From the NCBI GenBank assembly GCA_040954595.2, contig CM082589.2, forward strand, positions 4,354,213-4,418,212: a stretch of 64,000 nt of DNA, read 5' to 3'. Source of the DNA: Balanoglossus misakiensis. Its lineage: Eukaryota > Animalia > Hemichordata. The notes beneath the pieces are model-generated. The model was not told the origin of the DNA, searched no databases, and was given only the letters and a program-made list of their open reading frames with translations. Of the stretch, positions 1 through 18,700 are shown piece after piece (the first letter of the stretch is position 1; each line of letters opens with the position of its first letter). The translations under genes and the position numbers were made by a program.

Positions 1-371
1 TCCAGGACCAAACATGCAAATTAGACACCGAGAATATGGATGGGTGTCGAGGGGGTAATTTCCAAGCATCAGAGGTAATGCCAAGTGGTCAATTCATTCA
101 AAAAGTACGCGTCACGCATTTGAAACGAATATCATTCAAAAGTCGAAGTCCGAGGGATAAAACTTCCCATGACGACACGCGATAAAATGTTTGGTTTTGT
201 TCGACGCCATACTTTGTCAAAAAATCCGTGGAAAAAGTAAAACCCACGTGAATCAAACATCTCGAGTGGTGGTGTAGGGACAGTGTATGTCTTTTGACGT
301 ATGGATAACATCAATCGGATACCAAATAACTAATGTGTGACATGGGGATATCAAATGGTGTTTTTACTTAT

Positions 372-680
372 TACAAAAATAAAAAAAAATAAAAAAAATC
401 ATAAAACCTAATGAAAATAAAAAAATATCAAAACAAAAAATATAGAAAAAAATTAATATCAAAGACAAAAATAAAAAAAGCAAAAAAAAAAAATATCAAA
501 ACCTAATGAAAATAAAAAAATATCAAAACAAAAAATATCAAAAATATGAATACCAAGACAAAAATTAAAAAAAAGTAAAACAAAAATTATCAAAACCTCA
601 TGAAAATAAAAAAATATAAAAACAAAAAACAACAACATAAAAATGAATAAAAACAAAACAAAAAAATAATGATAACACCA
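372..680. repeat. A-rich degenerate tandem repeat (about 3 copies of a ~95-bp unit)
   Basis: Recurring blocks such as AAAACCTAATGAAAATAAAAAAATATCAAAACAAAAAATAT and AAGACAAAAAT at roughly 95-bp spacing. The 459..773 ORF is only the Phe/Ile-rich antisense reading of this repeat. Confidence 0.7.
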
Positions 681-1690
681 CGTACTGAGAATGTGACCAC
701 TGGCCGGGGTTATGGGATGCTTGTTTGATTGTACTACACCCATCCATTTTTCTTTGGAGTAAAAATAAATCATTTTAATTGATATGTGACTGCGTGTTTT
801 TGTGTTAACATTCTATCCCCTATGACCAGATTCAGACACAAACTGTTAAATTTCGCACTGTATATAGGCCTAGATGTAATTAAAGCTGCAAAGATATTGT
901 TGGCTGGATGAACCCACTGACCAATTACGACAGAAGCGACCTTGCCATTACCTTCCTCAGACGGAGTACTCATAAAGCATGAACACCTTTATGACTAGTT
1001 TGGGGTTAAGACTCACTTTCATAGCACAGGCAAGAAACATTACAGTTAGGGCAAGAAAAGTGCACTTGTATTGTCGAAACTAAAGACAGAGGTTAGTTGA
1101 TAAATCCACCACTGATGGCGCTGTGTTCGACCACATACCGGTAAGTACTCCACCACAGAGACGTGAGGCACTGGGGGACAGGAAACTTACCTAGCCGTAC
1201 AGTTTCTTTATGTGTGACCTCCCAATTTATCATCTTTCCACCCAGCTCCCGTCCACCCACCCCCACCACATCCCCCGACCCGGAGAACCAACTGCAGCTG
1301 TTTTTAGCAGTGCGCTGGGGGAGCTCACTGGCAGATAATTTGTAATCTGTGCATTCGTCAGACCCAATCATACGGCATATTTTCGGAATATATATCCAGA
1401 CTTGTTCGCAATACCGTCCAATAAATTAACTTGATATATAATACTGCAATAATATAATGTGCTTTATTTTTTTTAACACATTCAGGGAATAGCCTACGAA
1501 CTAGCGCCCGTTCTCGGCTCCAGGGGCGGAGGGAATGATGAAATTTCTAGTACGATAAAACGCCTGCTTGTATACGTCACAGAGTCTTTCAATATCCGCA
1601 TGTTTTGCTGAAAATTACAGTATACTCTTTATTCAAAAGATTATGTGTAAGCTTATGAATAACGTTTTAAAAATACGTATCCAAGCACCC

Positions 1691-1723
1691 TGCATAGCAA
1701 CGTTGTCATGGAGGTCACGTGAC
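1691..1723 (+). promoter_or_regulatory. Putative PPP1R42 promoter motifs: RFX half-sites and a palindromic E-box GTCACGTGAC
   Basis: CATAGCAAC and GTTGTCATGG are followed by GTCACGTGAC (1714-1723). These lie just upstream of a candidate non-coding first exon with donor GTAAGT at 1868; the candidate acceptor ends at 2741, before the ATG at 2804. Confidence 0.4.
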
Positions 1724-2803
1724 ACGAGTAAAAGGTGGACCAGTTTCAAGTCGAAGATAGCATATCAATACGCCCGTCCGATGTTTGTGATTTCCTCAGC
1801 ATTTAGGGGCCAGTCATACATTTTTAGACGTTGAATAGTTCACTACAGTGTTTTAGTGGAAACATTCGTAAGTAATTTAGGTTTAAGCTGAATATTTTAG
1901 TGGGATTCTATTTCTACTGCGGATGTATTTTACTTGTTGTTACTCGTGCTGAGGACGTCAGGTCCTTCGGTTCAAATTCCGTTTCTTCCGTACAGGAAGT
2001 ACTATGTTGGGTGTTGACAGGAGAGAGATCTACACGAATTCCAGTCGATAGCGGTCACGTAACCAATGTAACTGTGTTTTGAAGGTACGTCCATGGCACA
2101 GTTACGTGTAAAATCTTCCGAATAACCCCTTTCATGCACACTGTTTACGCCGATCTGAGACTGCACACCCATCCAATCACAAGTTCACTGCTTACACCTT
2201 CATTCATCAGCCCAGGCCAGACCTGATGTTTTGCGCTGGGAAAAACATTTTACATGTCACCACGCACTGGTTTGACCATACGTTTAAAAAAGGTCATTCG
2301 TTTGACTCATTAACGTTTGTTACGTGGTTATAATTGCCATGCATCAAAATATTCTGCTTGAGGAAGTTCGTGACCATGCATATCCGTGTTGTCAAACGAC
2401 CTCTCCTGAAATGTACATGAAATGTATCACCATGAAGCATATGTACAGACACGCAACTTTTCGCCATAAATACCCGACTGTGTTAATGTTGCGTGCTTTT
2501 TATCGCCATGGCACACCTCAACCATCACGATATACACACTGACAGAACGGGTAGTCAAATGAAATAATTTATTTATAGTGTTAGAGATATTTATTATTAA
2601 AACGCCTCTGATCATTCAAAAGAATCACACGCCAAGACACTGGAGTGATGACAGCTGCTTCTGACTGGAATCACCGCCTGGAACACTTGCCTCTCTTCAT
2701 GCTGTGTAATAATGTTATCATGTAACTTATTCTCTCCACAGATCATACATGTAAATGTTGAGGTGGTGGTGATCATTTCCACTACAGTAGCCAAGCTGTA
2801 CCC

Positions 2804-8471
<5,668 letters not shown>

Positions 8472-11400
8472 CCCTGCCACCAAACAAATTTCACTCACTC
8501 CAGATTTATGGCCACCGAGGAGACTTTTTGCGCTTAGCTAGGGAGCCTTGATGCCGGTACTATGATTTGCTGACCTTTTGCACCAACTTAGGGCAGCCGT
8601 CAACTGCTTCCCTCAGCCTGATCGGATTAGATGAATTGATCAATCTGATTGGCTGCAGGCGTACCTCTAATCTGCATAAAGCCCTCTAGGTTTGTCATAT
8701 CAGTAAATGTTTTCACAAGCTTTTCATTTTTTTTCTGGTTTCATGCATGCTGCTGAAATACTCCTTGAAAATATTCTTTTAATATTTTGTTGGCTAAAGA
8801 AAATGTTATATGTTATTGAAAATTAGAAGTGAAGGTAAATGCACAGTAGTGGGTAAGACTTTTTCAGGAACATCCATTTTCTGGCACCCGATTTTGTGCT
8901 TTGCTTCTTCAACTTGACTTTAAAACACACAAAAGCACTGCCAATAACATCACCGAAGAATAAAGAACAAATATCTTGTTTTTCTTTTGATATTAAATTA
9001 ATTGAACACAATTGTAATAACTTATTTTTGGATACCCCCGTATTCACATTTACAGTTTTAGTTCATTTTTTTTTCACCATGGCAACTTGATTTGTGATCT
9101 CTGTATGTTATTTTGTGGTCATAGTGTTTGTGAGTTTGTCTGCTGTACCAAACTGCTTAGTGAAGGGGTTAATAAGCTGAAAAACAGTCTAACTGATCTA
9201 AAAGCTGGTAGGGCTTTGTGTTTCTGGCCTTAGCGTATGATAACAGTAAACAGGTCTGGTCATTTATAATAAAGTAATACAGTTTCCTACCAAAGATATA
9301 ATTGCATCCTATAAATATTTTGGTGTTTTTAATTTAACAACATTTTGAAATTTTTAACTGATTTCATATTAGAATTGGAGAGTCAGTGAAACTTCTGAAT
9401 TCAGCGATAAAGTGAGCTCAGAATAGGCCTTTCATATGACCCCTGTGTGACGTATACATCCTTGCATTTTTGGGGGTAAGAGTTTACAGAGCAGCCATCC
9501 ATGCTTATGAATTTGTGTGCTCTAACTCATTCTCGAACTAACAAGGGGTCATGAAAGCGGCCATTTCTACAGTGACATCATTTTTTGTACAGGAAATGTG
9601 CAATAATGTATATGCCAGTAGTATAAGCAGTTGAGGAAATTAGAATATTTTTAATATGATAATTATAAAACAATAACTTTTCCAACAAATTGACAGTTTT
9701 GAATATTGAATGGTGGTGTCCCTGTTCCGTCCATACATCAATATGCAAAGTATCAGGAGATCATGTGACTTTGAGTAGAAGCAGCTCATTGGCTGACAGG
9801 TCGCTTATCTTTATCATTCTATATTTTTTTGTCATGTTGCATTTTGTGAGGAATTTTTATGTGGACTCCACCAAGGCCAGTCGTGTTGTTTGTGATCAAG
9901 CTTGTTTAGTGGTTTGTAATCTTTTCACACAGCAAAAACCTATCCAGTGCTGCTCTTTTCTCCAATTATAGTTGCCATTTCACTCACTGAGAATACGTTC
10001 TCAGGCTTTGTGAAAATGCAGCTTCAAATATACGTGTCATGTTTCCATACAGATGCAACTTAATATTGAGAATTTTATTTTTGTAATGAAACCACAGTGA
10101 TTTTATTTAGTTTTTTTTCAAGTGTTGTAAGGCTCTGTATATACTCTTGCGCATGGTCGCCCACATGAAAACGAAAGACGGCGAAAGTGCAAAGCACTGT
10201 TGTTCGAGGGCGCACTTCAGAGGCAACTTCGATTTGTGAAATGTAATGTATAAAGGGTGGTATGAAATTATGCAACATTCTTGAGGCAGTCACGTCATAA
10301 TTTTTGAAATTTTCAAATGTTCTTTTTCGTTTAGTTTTAACTTTATTGAAACCCTCAAAGGGACACTCTGTAACTTTTCTATCAATCATATGGGAAACCT
10401 GCTCTTCAAATATTGTAGACTGTTCACACAGTAGACACAGTGTCAATGTCACTCTACATTTTGCTTGTTATTATTGATCTCTGCAATGTTGTGTGAATTT
10501 TTTTAAAATGCGAAAACTCACTTTGATAAAATGAAAACCACTCCTGTATATAGTATTATGTATATACAAGTTTGAATTTGAAATAAATGCTTTAAAGTTT
10601 TTCTTTGTATGTTAAAATTAGTGTTTGTGCTCGTGAGTGTGTGTAGATGTGTTATGATGCAAAGATAAGTATTACATTCACTGAGCCTCAGTACCGTTGG
10701 GTCAGTGTTCAGGGATCTGTTCACCTAAACCCCAGAAGCCGGCCAGTCTATCTTACACATTATGAGCAGGAGGTAGATCATGCGCTCCTACTCTTTGACC
10801 GCGAACACGACACGCACTCAAAAACAAAAATAAAGCTAACCCGATCCAGCAAATAGTTGCAAAAATTATTGCGATGTCTGTGTTTGGTTATTTTATCCTA
10901 GCATCTGTTGCAGTGTGTCCCATGTCTATCACAAAAGTCAACCCGCACCTATAAATGTACAACTCTCCCAAACCATGCGCAGATACGCGTATAATGTATC
11001 CTGCTATATTTAAGCACCGTATGCAGATACGACACATCTCGTAACAATGTGAAAACAAAATTATCTAGAGCGTCAATTATTATTGATATTTTGTTTCTAA
11101 TCCACAAGACAAAATTTACAAACAACACGCGGTTTAATCATACATTTTTGTCAGTTCCTTATTGCGCAACCTGTTGCACATCTGGCCCATTGATAAAAGG
11201 GACGATGAATATGCAAATTTATACTTGTACCTTGTCATGTGACCTGGAGAACACACACGCCAATGCGCTGTCAGTCGACGCTCAAATCCAGCTACGAGTA
11301 AAAGCGATATTTCGCATTCCCTCTACTGACGTCACAGTGAAACATACAAGCTCGGTGAGTGGATTTCACTTTATCTTTCTGACTTTTTCAATACTAGTAT

Positions 11401-11790
11401 ATTACTAATATTTTGACCAAAAAGTGTAATGTTAATATATATATATATATACTGTCACAAGTACCTTAACTGACGGTATGTCCACATTCATACATAAACC
11501 GCGGCCAGTATTCGTCATCACGACTACGTGCATGAAATGATGCACCGGAAACTTCATCTGACTTTTCCGTCATCCTGATAAGAAAAAAAACGTCGGTCAA
11601 GCATGATTGTATTTTATGAATTACCGCGGAAAAAATACAATTATGCAGCAGCTGGAACGTAAACGTATGGTTTAAATACCGCTCATAGTCGGTCGTGTAT
11701 TGTAATAATGTTTTTTGTTGTCTAATTTTAGAATTCTAGAATCGTGCATTTCACATCACCGGTGATTATGTTTGCATTTAGAGGAGTATT

Positions 11791-11791
11791 T

Positions 11792-11832
<41 letters not shown>

Positions 11833-11893
11833 TTCCCTCTCTCCCTCCTCTCTCTCCTCCCCTCTCTGTCTCCTTCTCTCCCCACCCTCTCTC
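11791..11893. repeat. Imperfect (CT)n polypyrimidine microsatellite
   Basis: About 100 bp of almost pure C/T. Confidence 0.9.
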
Positions 11894-14289
11894 ATCTTGT
11901 ATATATACAGTCACGTCACGTCTTTTGATTTCGTGTTGCCTTTTTTATCTAATGCACATTCATTTGAATGTAAAAGCGAAGTAAAAACCACTCTCCTTTC
12001 CTCTTCATTCGTGGCACGAGGGTATAATTTGTTGAATAATTTGTTGAATAACTTCCGCTCTTACGCAAGCGAATTAAGAGTAACACACTGACCATATGAT
12101 ATGTAGATAGACTATTAGTATTTGGTACGTGTATATTTAGTTCACAAAACGCTTTGAGTACCGTACCCGTCAATGAGGTCATCTCTTCTGCATTTCTAAA
12201 ATTATCTCTGTTTAACCTGCCTCATATACACTTTCCTTGCGATGTTGCGCGCGCACCCTTTCATGAGACCCGATATTTGATATACAATACCTTATGGAAG
12301 GGCCCGTCAAACACCTTTTGTCTATGGCGCTGTAACTTTCACTGTTGGTTCGGCGTCGCAGTGGTTATTTGCTAGTGCATCTGCAAACATTGAATTTACA
12401 CACACATACGCTGGTAGGGCACTTTTGTCATGAAACAGCCAACAAGTTGACGTTGCAATTATTAATTAATTACTATAGGAATGCTACTGTTTAGTTGTGA
12501 ATCCTCCGCTAGTTCTGTGAAAAAAAATGACAATAGTTGCCGATGAGCGCCACACCCCTATCTTCAATGGAGTCCTCTGTCACACGTCATCCGCGAGTAC
12601 CGAAAACGTCATCCGCGACATTCTGCTGGTACTTGGTGTGTTCCAATATGACATGCGGCCACTGTAATAGATATCTGAAATGGGGATATATGGTCCTTTG
12701 TCTTGTATTGTTGTAATACTGGACTTTCGGACACAGTTCTCAACCCAAATGATTGAAATGTATCTCCGCAGCTGTAAGTCGAAGCGCGCAGACTTAATAC
12801 AGAGGACCCTCCGTGCCTATAGTTTCTGTGCATCCAACCTAAGATGGCAAATCCATTTTAATTTCACCACCCATGTCAGACTCCGGTATAGGTTGTGAAT
12901 ATTTTGACTTCAAAAAAGCTTATTCGCCAGTTTGCTATTAAAAATATTTACGTCAAACATACAAAGGAGGGCGATTGCTGAAATGTTAAAAATAGATTGC
13001 TCTGCACGATTCAACAGGTATTTCTAAAAGAGCCAATTAACACTGTTGGCCAAAGGTGACAAAATAGTGTATGTGTAAGTAAAAGCTTACACTGACTTCG
13101 TGTCCATATATACACCAACAAATAAGAACAAGATGTTGAAAGTATGGAATAAGATATGGATATTGTGAATGTTATTGCCATTTTAAAAAAGAAAAAAATT
13201 AAGAAATGTTTCAAACAAACAGGAGCACGTGTGAATCGCCTCATTGATCAAAACTGCCGCCGAGTGCTCATAATATGTCTAATTTTATTTTATTTTATTC
13301 TTTAGGTGAACGTACAGTGTCACGGTGACATTGGCAAGACGAGCACCCGTCCTTGTATAATATTCAAACCGAATTTGGTATGAGACCTTTCGACCGACTG
13401 GTAAGCAATTCCCCCTTCAACATTACAGCATACTTTCGATGTAATCGAATGAACCAAACTATTACATGCGACAATTGATTGATTGATTTTGCTCACACTT
13501 ACCAATATGGTAATGCTAAAATATCCCTTGATGGTAGCGCCGTTGGTGAAGTTCGGTATTGTCATATTCTGAGAGCATTTGAAGGGATAAAGAGGGGCAT
13601 AACGAACTGTAGCATCTAGCAGCACTTTTAGTGCCCACGGCAAGTTGATGTTGATGACGTGTGAATTCCTTTGCTTATTTGCATTGGCCAAAAAGCTATT
13701 CGTTGCAGCTGCATGCGCGTCGCTGATATACTCGAATCGATGCGCAGTGTGCGTTACCGGACAGGTGGAGTACATTCAAATTATACAATAGGTAATTGTC
13801 AACAGGTCGTACATTTTTCGCTCTTATCCCAACCATTGCGACTAATGGTCTCGTATGCGTGGACACTGTTCATTTCGTCATTGGATCTCAGGCTGTTCTT
13901 TTCATCCGTAAAATAATGTTAAAAAATTACTTTATTTATCTGTCACCTTTCCATATCTGTTTTCATGGGTTTCTTTCCAACTGCATCTCTATGATTTATG
14001 AATAGAACAAATATTTTCTGTTATCGCAGACAAGAAAACAGAGTAAAACACACAGGACTAATGCAGAGTGCGACAAAACATTTTTCACAGTCTTCAACTT
14101 CAGCCAAGCGATGGGTCAGTGACATTATAGTCATAACATACAACTTGCTGGTATTTTGGCCAATTCATGGTAAATTATGACGTCAAAAATCTGCGGGGGC
14201 ATACTGTGCAGTAATTTAACAGAAACCACGCTGTTAATGAACAAAATAATATGAAAAACAAGACTTTTATCGGTTCATATTGAGCATAT

Positions 14290-14294
14290 AAAAA
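14290..14294 (-). terminator. RNA polymerase III oligo-T terminator of tRNA-Val
   Basis: TTTTT on the minus strand, 10 nt downstream of the tRNA 3' end. Confidence 0.75.
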
Positions 14295-14304
14295 GTTAAC
14301 GGAC

Positions 14305-14377
14305 TGGTTTCGCTGAGGATCGAACTCAGGGCCTTCTGCGTGTAAAGCAGACGTGATAACCGCTACACCACGAAACC
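14305..14377 (-). tRNA. tRNA-Val (anticodon TAC)
   Basis: Reverse complement is GGTTTCGTGGTGTAGCGGTTATCACGTCTGCTTTACACGCAGAAGGCCCTGAGTTCGATCCTCAGCGAAACCA (73 nt). It has acceptor stem GGTTTCG/CGAAACC, anticodon arm TCTGC-TTTACAC-GCAGA, and T arm CTGAG-TTCGATC-CTCAG. Confidence 0.97.
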
Positions 14378-15775
14378 ACCATGTAGGACGAGGGCGTCGG
14401 ACACAACTATACAGCAAATCATTTACGTAACCCAGTACACTGACTCACCTCAGTACACGCAGTAAAGCCCATGCCCGGACTTTTGATCGATGTATAATTA
14501 TTGTTTTCGACCGAAATTTATTCATAACGAGAGATAATTAAGAAGTTGATTTTATACAAAAAACTTTTGGCTTACTAGTTCTCTGTACAAGTAACTTGTA
14601 TTCCGTTGCTTGGCAACACATGTTCACGAGAGGGAACACGCCTTCATCATGATCAGAATCTAAAAAATAAATTTAGCAATTTATGCCAGCACTTCAAACT
14701 TAAATTATCGCGTGTTAAACGTCCATCTGCATATATTTTTGGACCTCAAAATCGCGCTACCGTAAACACATAAATTTTTATCCACAGATGTCCATGCCTT
14801 TGCAAATCTGCCCCGAAATGTATGGGCACACGTTTATTTTTTTTCCCTCGGCGTCCACCTCTGGTATTTGAAACAAAAAAGTCATCCGTCCCGAGATTAA
14901 GATTATGGATGGTCAACAGTCCCTCTGACTAGTATGAATGATTTACCAAACAACAGCTTGTAATTAACACGCATTGTTATTAATCATAGACGCCGATACT
15001 GATTCATAATTGATCGGCACAATTAATTGTCAATGAAAACGCCCACGTTGCAGCCGCTGCGCTCTCCACATATGGCGGGTGACTTCGCGGCTACTAAATG
15101 CCAACGTCATTGTTTAGTCACATATATGATGTACCAATGCCGGTTTTTAAAATTAAAATATTGAATATAACAACGAAATAATTTGTGGTCATCGTCCGTT
15201 CTTCGATACTCTGATCTGCTCTCGCAGATGCGAGACGCGCAAGTCTATATAACGCGACGGCCAATGATTGGTCAAACAGGGTTAGCGCACGTACGGTATT
15301 TGAAAAGTCGTGTATGAACACATCAAAACATGTCAAGCCTTAAATTATTATTTTAATGATTGTTTCCCTGTTCAATAAACGGTCGAGGTCCGCCCTCACA
15401 ATATCTATGAAAAAAAAACTTAAAATAGAATTATTATGAAAATGCATATCCAAGGCCGCACATGATGGATGCAATTTCAGAACTTAGAAACTCCATTTCG
15501 CGAGTCACAACTCATGTACACGGTGGCTGTAACGCTTTCTCGGTAAAAATATGTTCCGGTATTAGTTTACTCAAACAGGAATCTCAGATAAAAGTGAAAG
15601 GTACGTATTATTACTGGCGTTGAACATACAAATTATGAGCGTCTGTTTTAAAGTTACAGCACGTCCTATCTGTTTGTTTTGCAGTGAAATAAACCCGACC
15701 ACTAGACGCAGTAGTTCGCTTAACCACAACCGGGCCCTCAGGCTGAATTTCCCTCTAAGGTGACCAAAATCGTCA

Positions 15776-18700
15776 ATGCCACGACAGAGAAACGTCATTT
15801 CCATGTCGAAAACAGATTTCATACTCCTTACTATTGAACTATACGTGAGTGTCTTTGCTTTTCTTTCTCTCTGTTAAATTGCCTACGCGTAGTTTTAATT
15901 GGGATTTGTTAATTTGGCCAATGATATCAATATGCGCCATCCAGTTATTTTCTTTACCATTAAATTAATATTTCTTTATTTATGTTAATTCATGTTAACA
16001 GTTCTTCCACTATCTCTATCCTAAGATCACGGTTTTTTTCTTACTTCAGGGGTGTCTTGGTTTATAAAAAAGACGGGAGGTTCAAGTTGGCGTTTTGATC
16101 TTGCATGAACACCTTGTTAAGATCCTTCATTTTTTTTTGAAAACCAACCTTCATTTTTTATATTGTTTGGTTTCTTTTTGGTACTCCACGACAAGGCCGC
16201 GCTATTGTGTGTGGCCTTTTCGTATCACTCTAACTTTAGAGATGATTCTGGTCACTGTATGTATTCGCTGTACATGTGTACACTTTTAGCGTTCCCTCCT
16301 CTCTCTCTCTCTGAGCTACGCCAAAGTAAGGCAAAATCAGGCAGTCAGGGAATTCGCTGATAGACTGTTCACGCTATAGTTTAGATGAGTATACTTCTGC
16401 GCTCGTCACAGCCCCTAATGGTGTGTATAAGCCCATTAATTCTCCGCCTAACCCATCTGGTGAGACCGAATCAAAGATATGCCCTTCGGAAAGAATATGA
16501 CAATACTTTGCTTTACAATAAAAGGGGAAATAGAGAGCTACAGCCCACTCACTGATATTATATACGCCTTCTTGATACATGTACATACAACCATGTTTTG
16601 CTGTCTGTGTTGCATTCAAGATTAATGTCATCTATCTATTCCTATACTGTCATTCCACAATCACGCATGCTCCTAATTTCTCATACTCTCATTATAGTTT
16701 GTCATGCCGAGTTATTCCTTGATCTTGTGCCGTCATTAGGTGTCTAGAAGTTAAAACCTCCCCAGAAAATACAGTCTGGTAATTCGTCTTGAGCTGCTCG
16801 TGAAAAGATTGTCAGTAAACAACAAGACTATGAGTACTACCACCAATAGTCGACACGATTCCCAGCGTGGCGGGTTTTTCAAATTAATTGTAAGTTTGCT
16901 GCGTCCATTCAGTTCACACATCTGCAACGTAATTATTGCACATGTATACCACGAATGCCTACGTTCGTCGTCACCATTTTCCACGCATCTTTTATTGCAC
17001 GTCTAAGTTCTATCCTTCCGCATCTCTTCAGCACCGCTTGTCACTGGTTGGGAAACTATACATTTCGCCTGCGATGAATACTTAGGGTTGCTATCAATCT
17101 CTCACTGTCGACTTCCTGCAGGCCCAACAGTGCAGTTGCTTCCACCTGCCGTCACAAGTTGCTCAGCACTTCGTTTGCGATGCTATTGCTACCCCCTTTC
17201 AGGAAATACCGCCCATCCAATTTATTCTCCACCAACTTGCCCAGCACTGGAGTGTGGCCTATCTTCCTTAATGGGCATTTAATTTCGGGCTGGAGTCTCA
17301 GTGTTTTTTATACATACATGAAGATCATTCTGTACCAATCCCCGCGCTTTTTTCCTCTTTAAACGTGAACGTGAAAGTGAACTCAGCCGATGAATTTCAT
17401 AGAACCAGTAAAAATGTCAATCTGCAACTCTTTTCGTTTGCTCATCTGTTTTATTCCGTTTCCCCCAAAGCGGAAGCGCCTGACTTCTGCCAAGGATGAG
17501 GAGAAGAAAGAGAAAGAGAAACGCGAAGCAATCCTGAATGCAGAAACTCCGCCCTCACCGAAGAAAGACCGCAACGAATGCCACGTGTACGAGGGCGTCT
17601 GCCTACCGGTGAGCGTCAGCCCGGCCGCCCTTGACCTCATCAAAACCGTCGATGTCAGGGAAGACGATGTGTGGATTCTGAACTATCCGAGATCAGGTGA
17701 GATTTGAGATTTGTTCGTGGTTGGCGCTATGCTATGCAAAAGCTGATGCTACCTTCACACGTTGTACGTACTTATGCTGTGTGTTAAAAACTTGGGGGAT
17801 AGCTTTGAGGTGATAACATTTCTCTATTCCCTATTCCCCCCAACCATTCCAGGCGGGATATGGATACAAGAAGTGGTGCTGTGCATCATGAATAACGCCG
17901 ACATCGACGCCGTCAACAACATTCCGTTGGCCGACCGACTGACGCGCCTGGAAACCATGGAGACCGGCCAGAACAGGCAGCTGCCAACGTACGAGAAGTT
18001 TGCCAACATGGAATCGCCTCGCATGATCCGGACCTGCTTGCCGTATCACATGCTGCCGTTGAAGATCCACTCCAAAAAGCCAAAGGTAAATTTTAATAGT
18101 CGATAAGGATGGCGTTGCAAATTGGCCGAACTCAAGAAAGGAAGACTTGCCATAATTGACAAACGTCAACAGATTGGTCACCATGGTAACAAAAGAGCAA
18201 AAAATAACTATATGGACACCTATGTCCTCATCTACTGTGTTTGGATAAAAAATAAAGTCACGTCCCTTTGTCAGCTCGCACGTAAATGAGTAAGACAGGA
18301 AATAAACCTATATAAAGAGTGTGCCAATTCATTCATTCATTCATTCAGACCATATACCTGGCTAGGAATCCAAAAGATGTAATCGCATCGTACCACAGCT
18401 TCTATCAAGCAAGTGCCGAGCTGCCAAATCCAGAATGGGACAAGTTTCTCAAAGACTTCATCGAAGGAAATGGTAGGTATCTTTAGCCTTTGTCAAATTG
18501 CCCCTCCCCCTCCCTCTTTCGCCCCATCAAGCCGGGGAACTTCCATCGTCGCAAACTGTGTGCCTCTTTATGGCAACAGGTATGATGCCCTGGCTCGTGA
18601 AAATAAGTTTCTCAACTTCCATTATTCAGCGGTGCATAACTCTTACCCACGATGTTTCTGTCAATAGTTGCCTATGGTTCGTGGTATCCCCACCTTTCGC

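Noticed and set aside
459-773. 104-aa Phe-rich hydrophobic ORF that looks like a membrane protein
   Set aside because: It is the antisense reading of the A-rich tandem repeat; there is no independent sign of coding.
9000-14200. Many 60-150 aa ORFs between PPP1R42 and the tRNA
   Set aside because: No domain similarity or coding-like composition; consistent with random ORFs in UTR or intergenic DNA.
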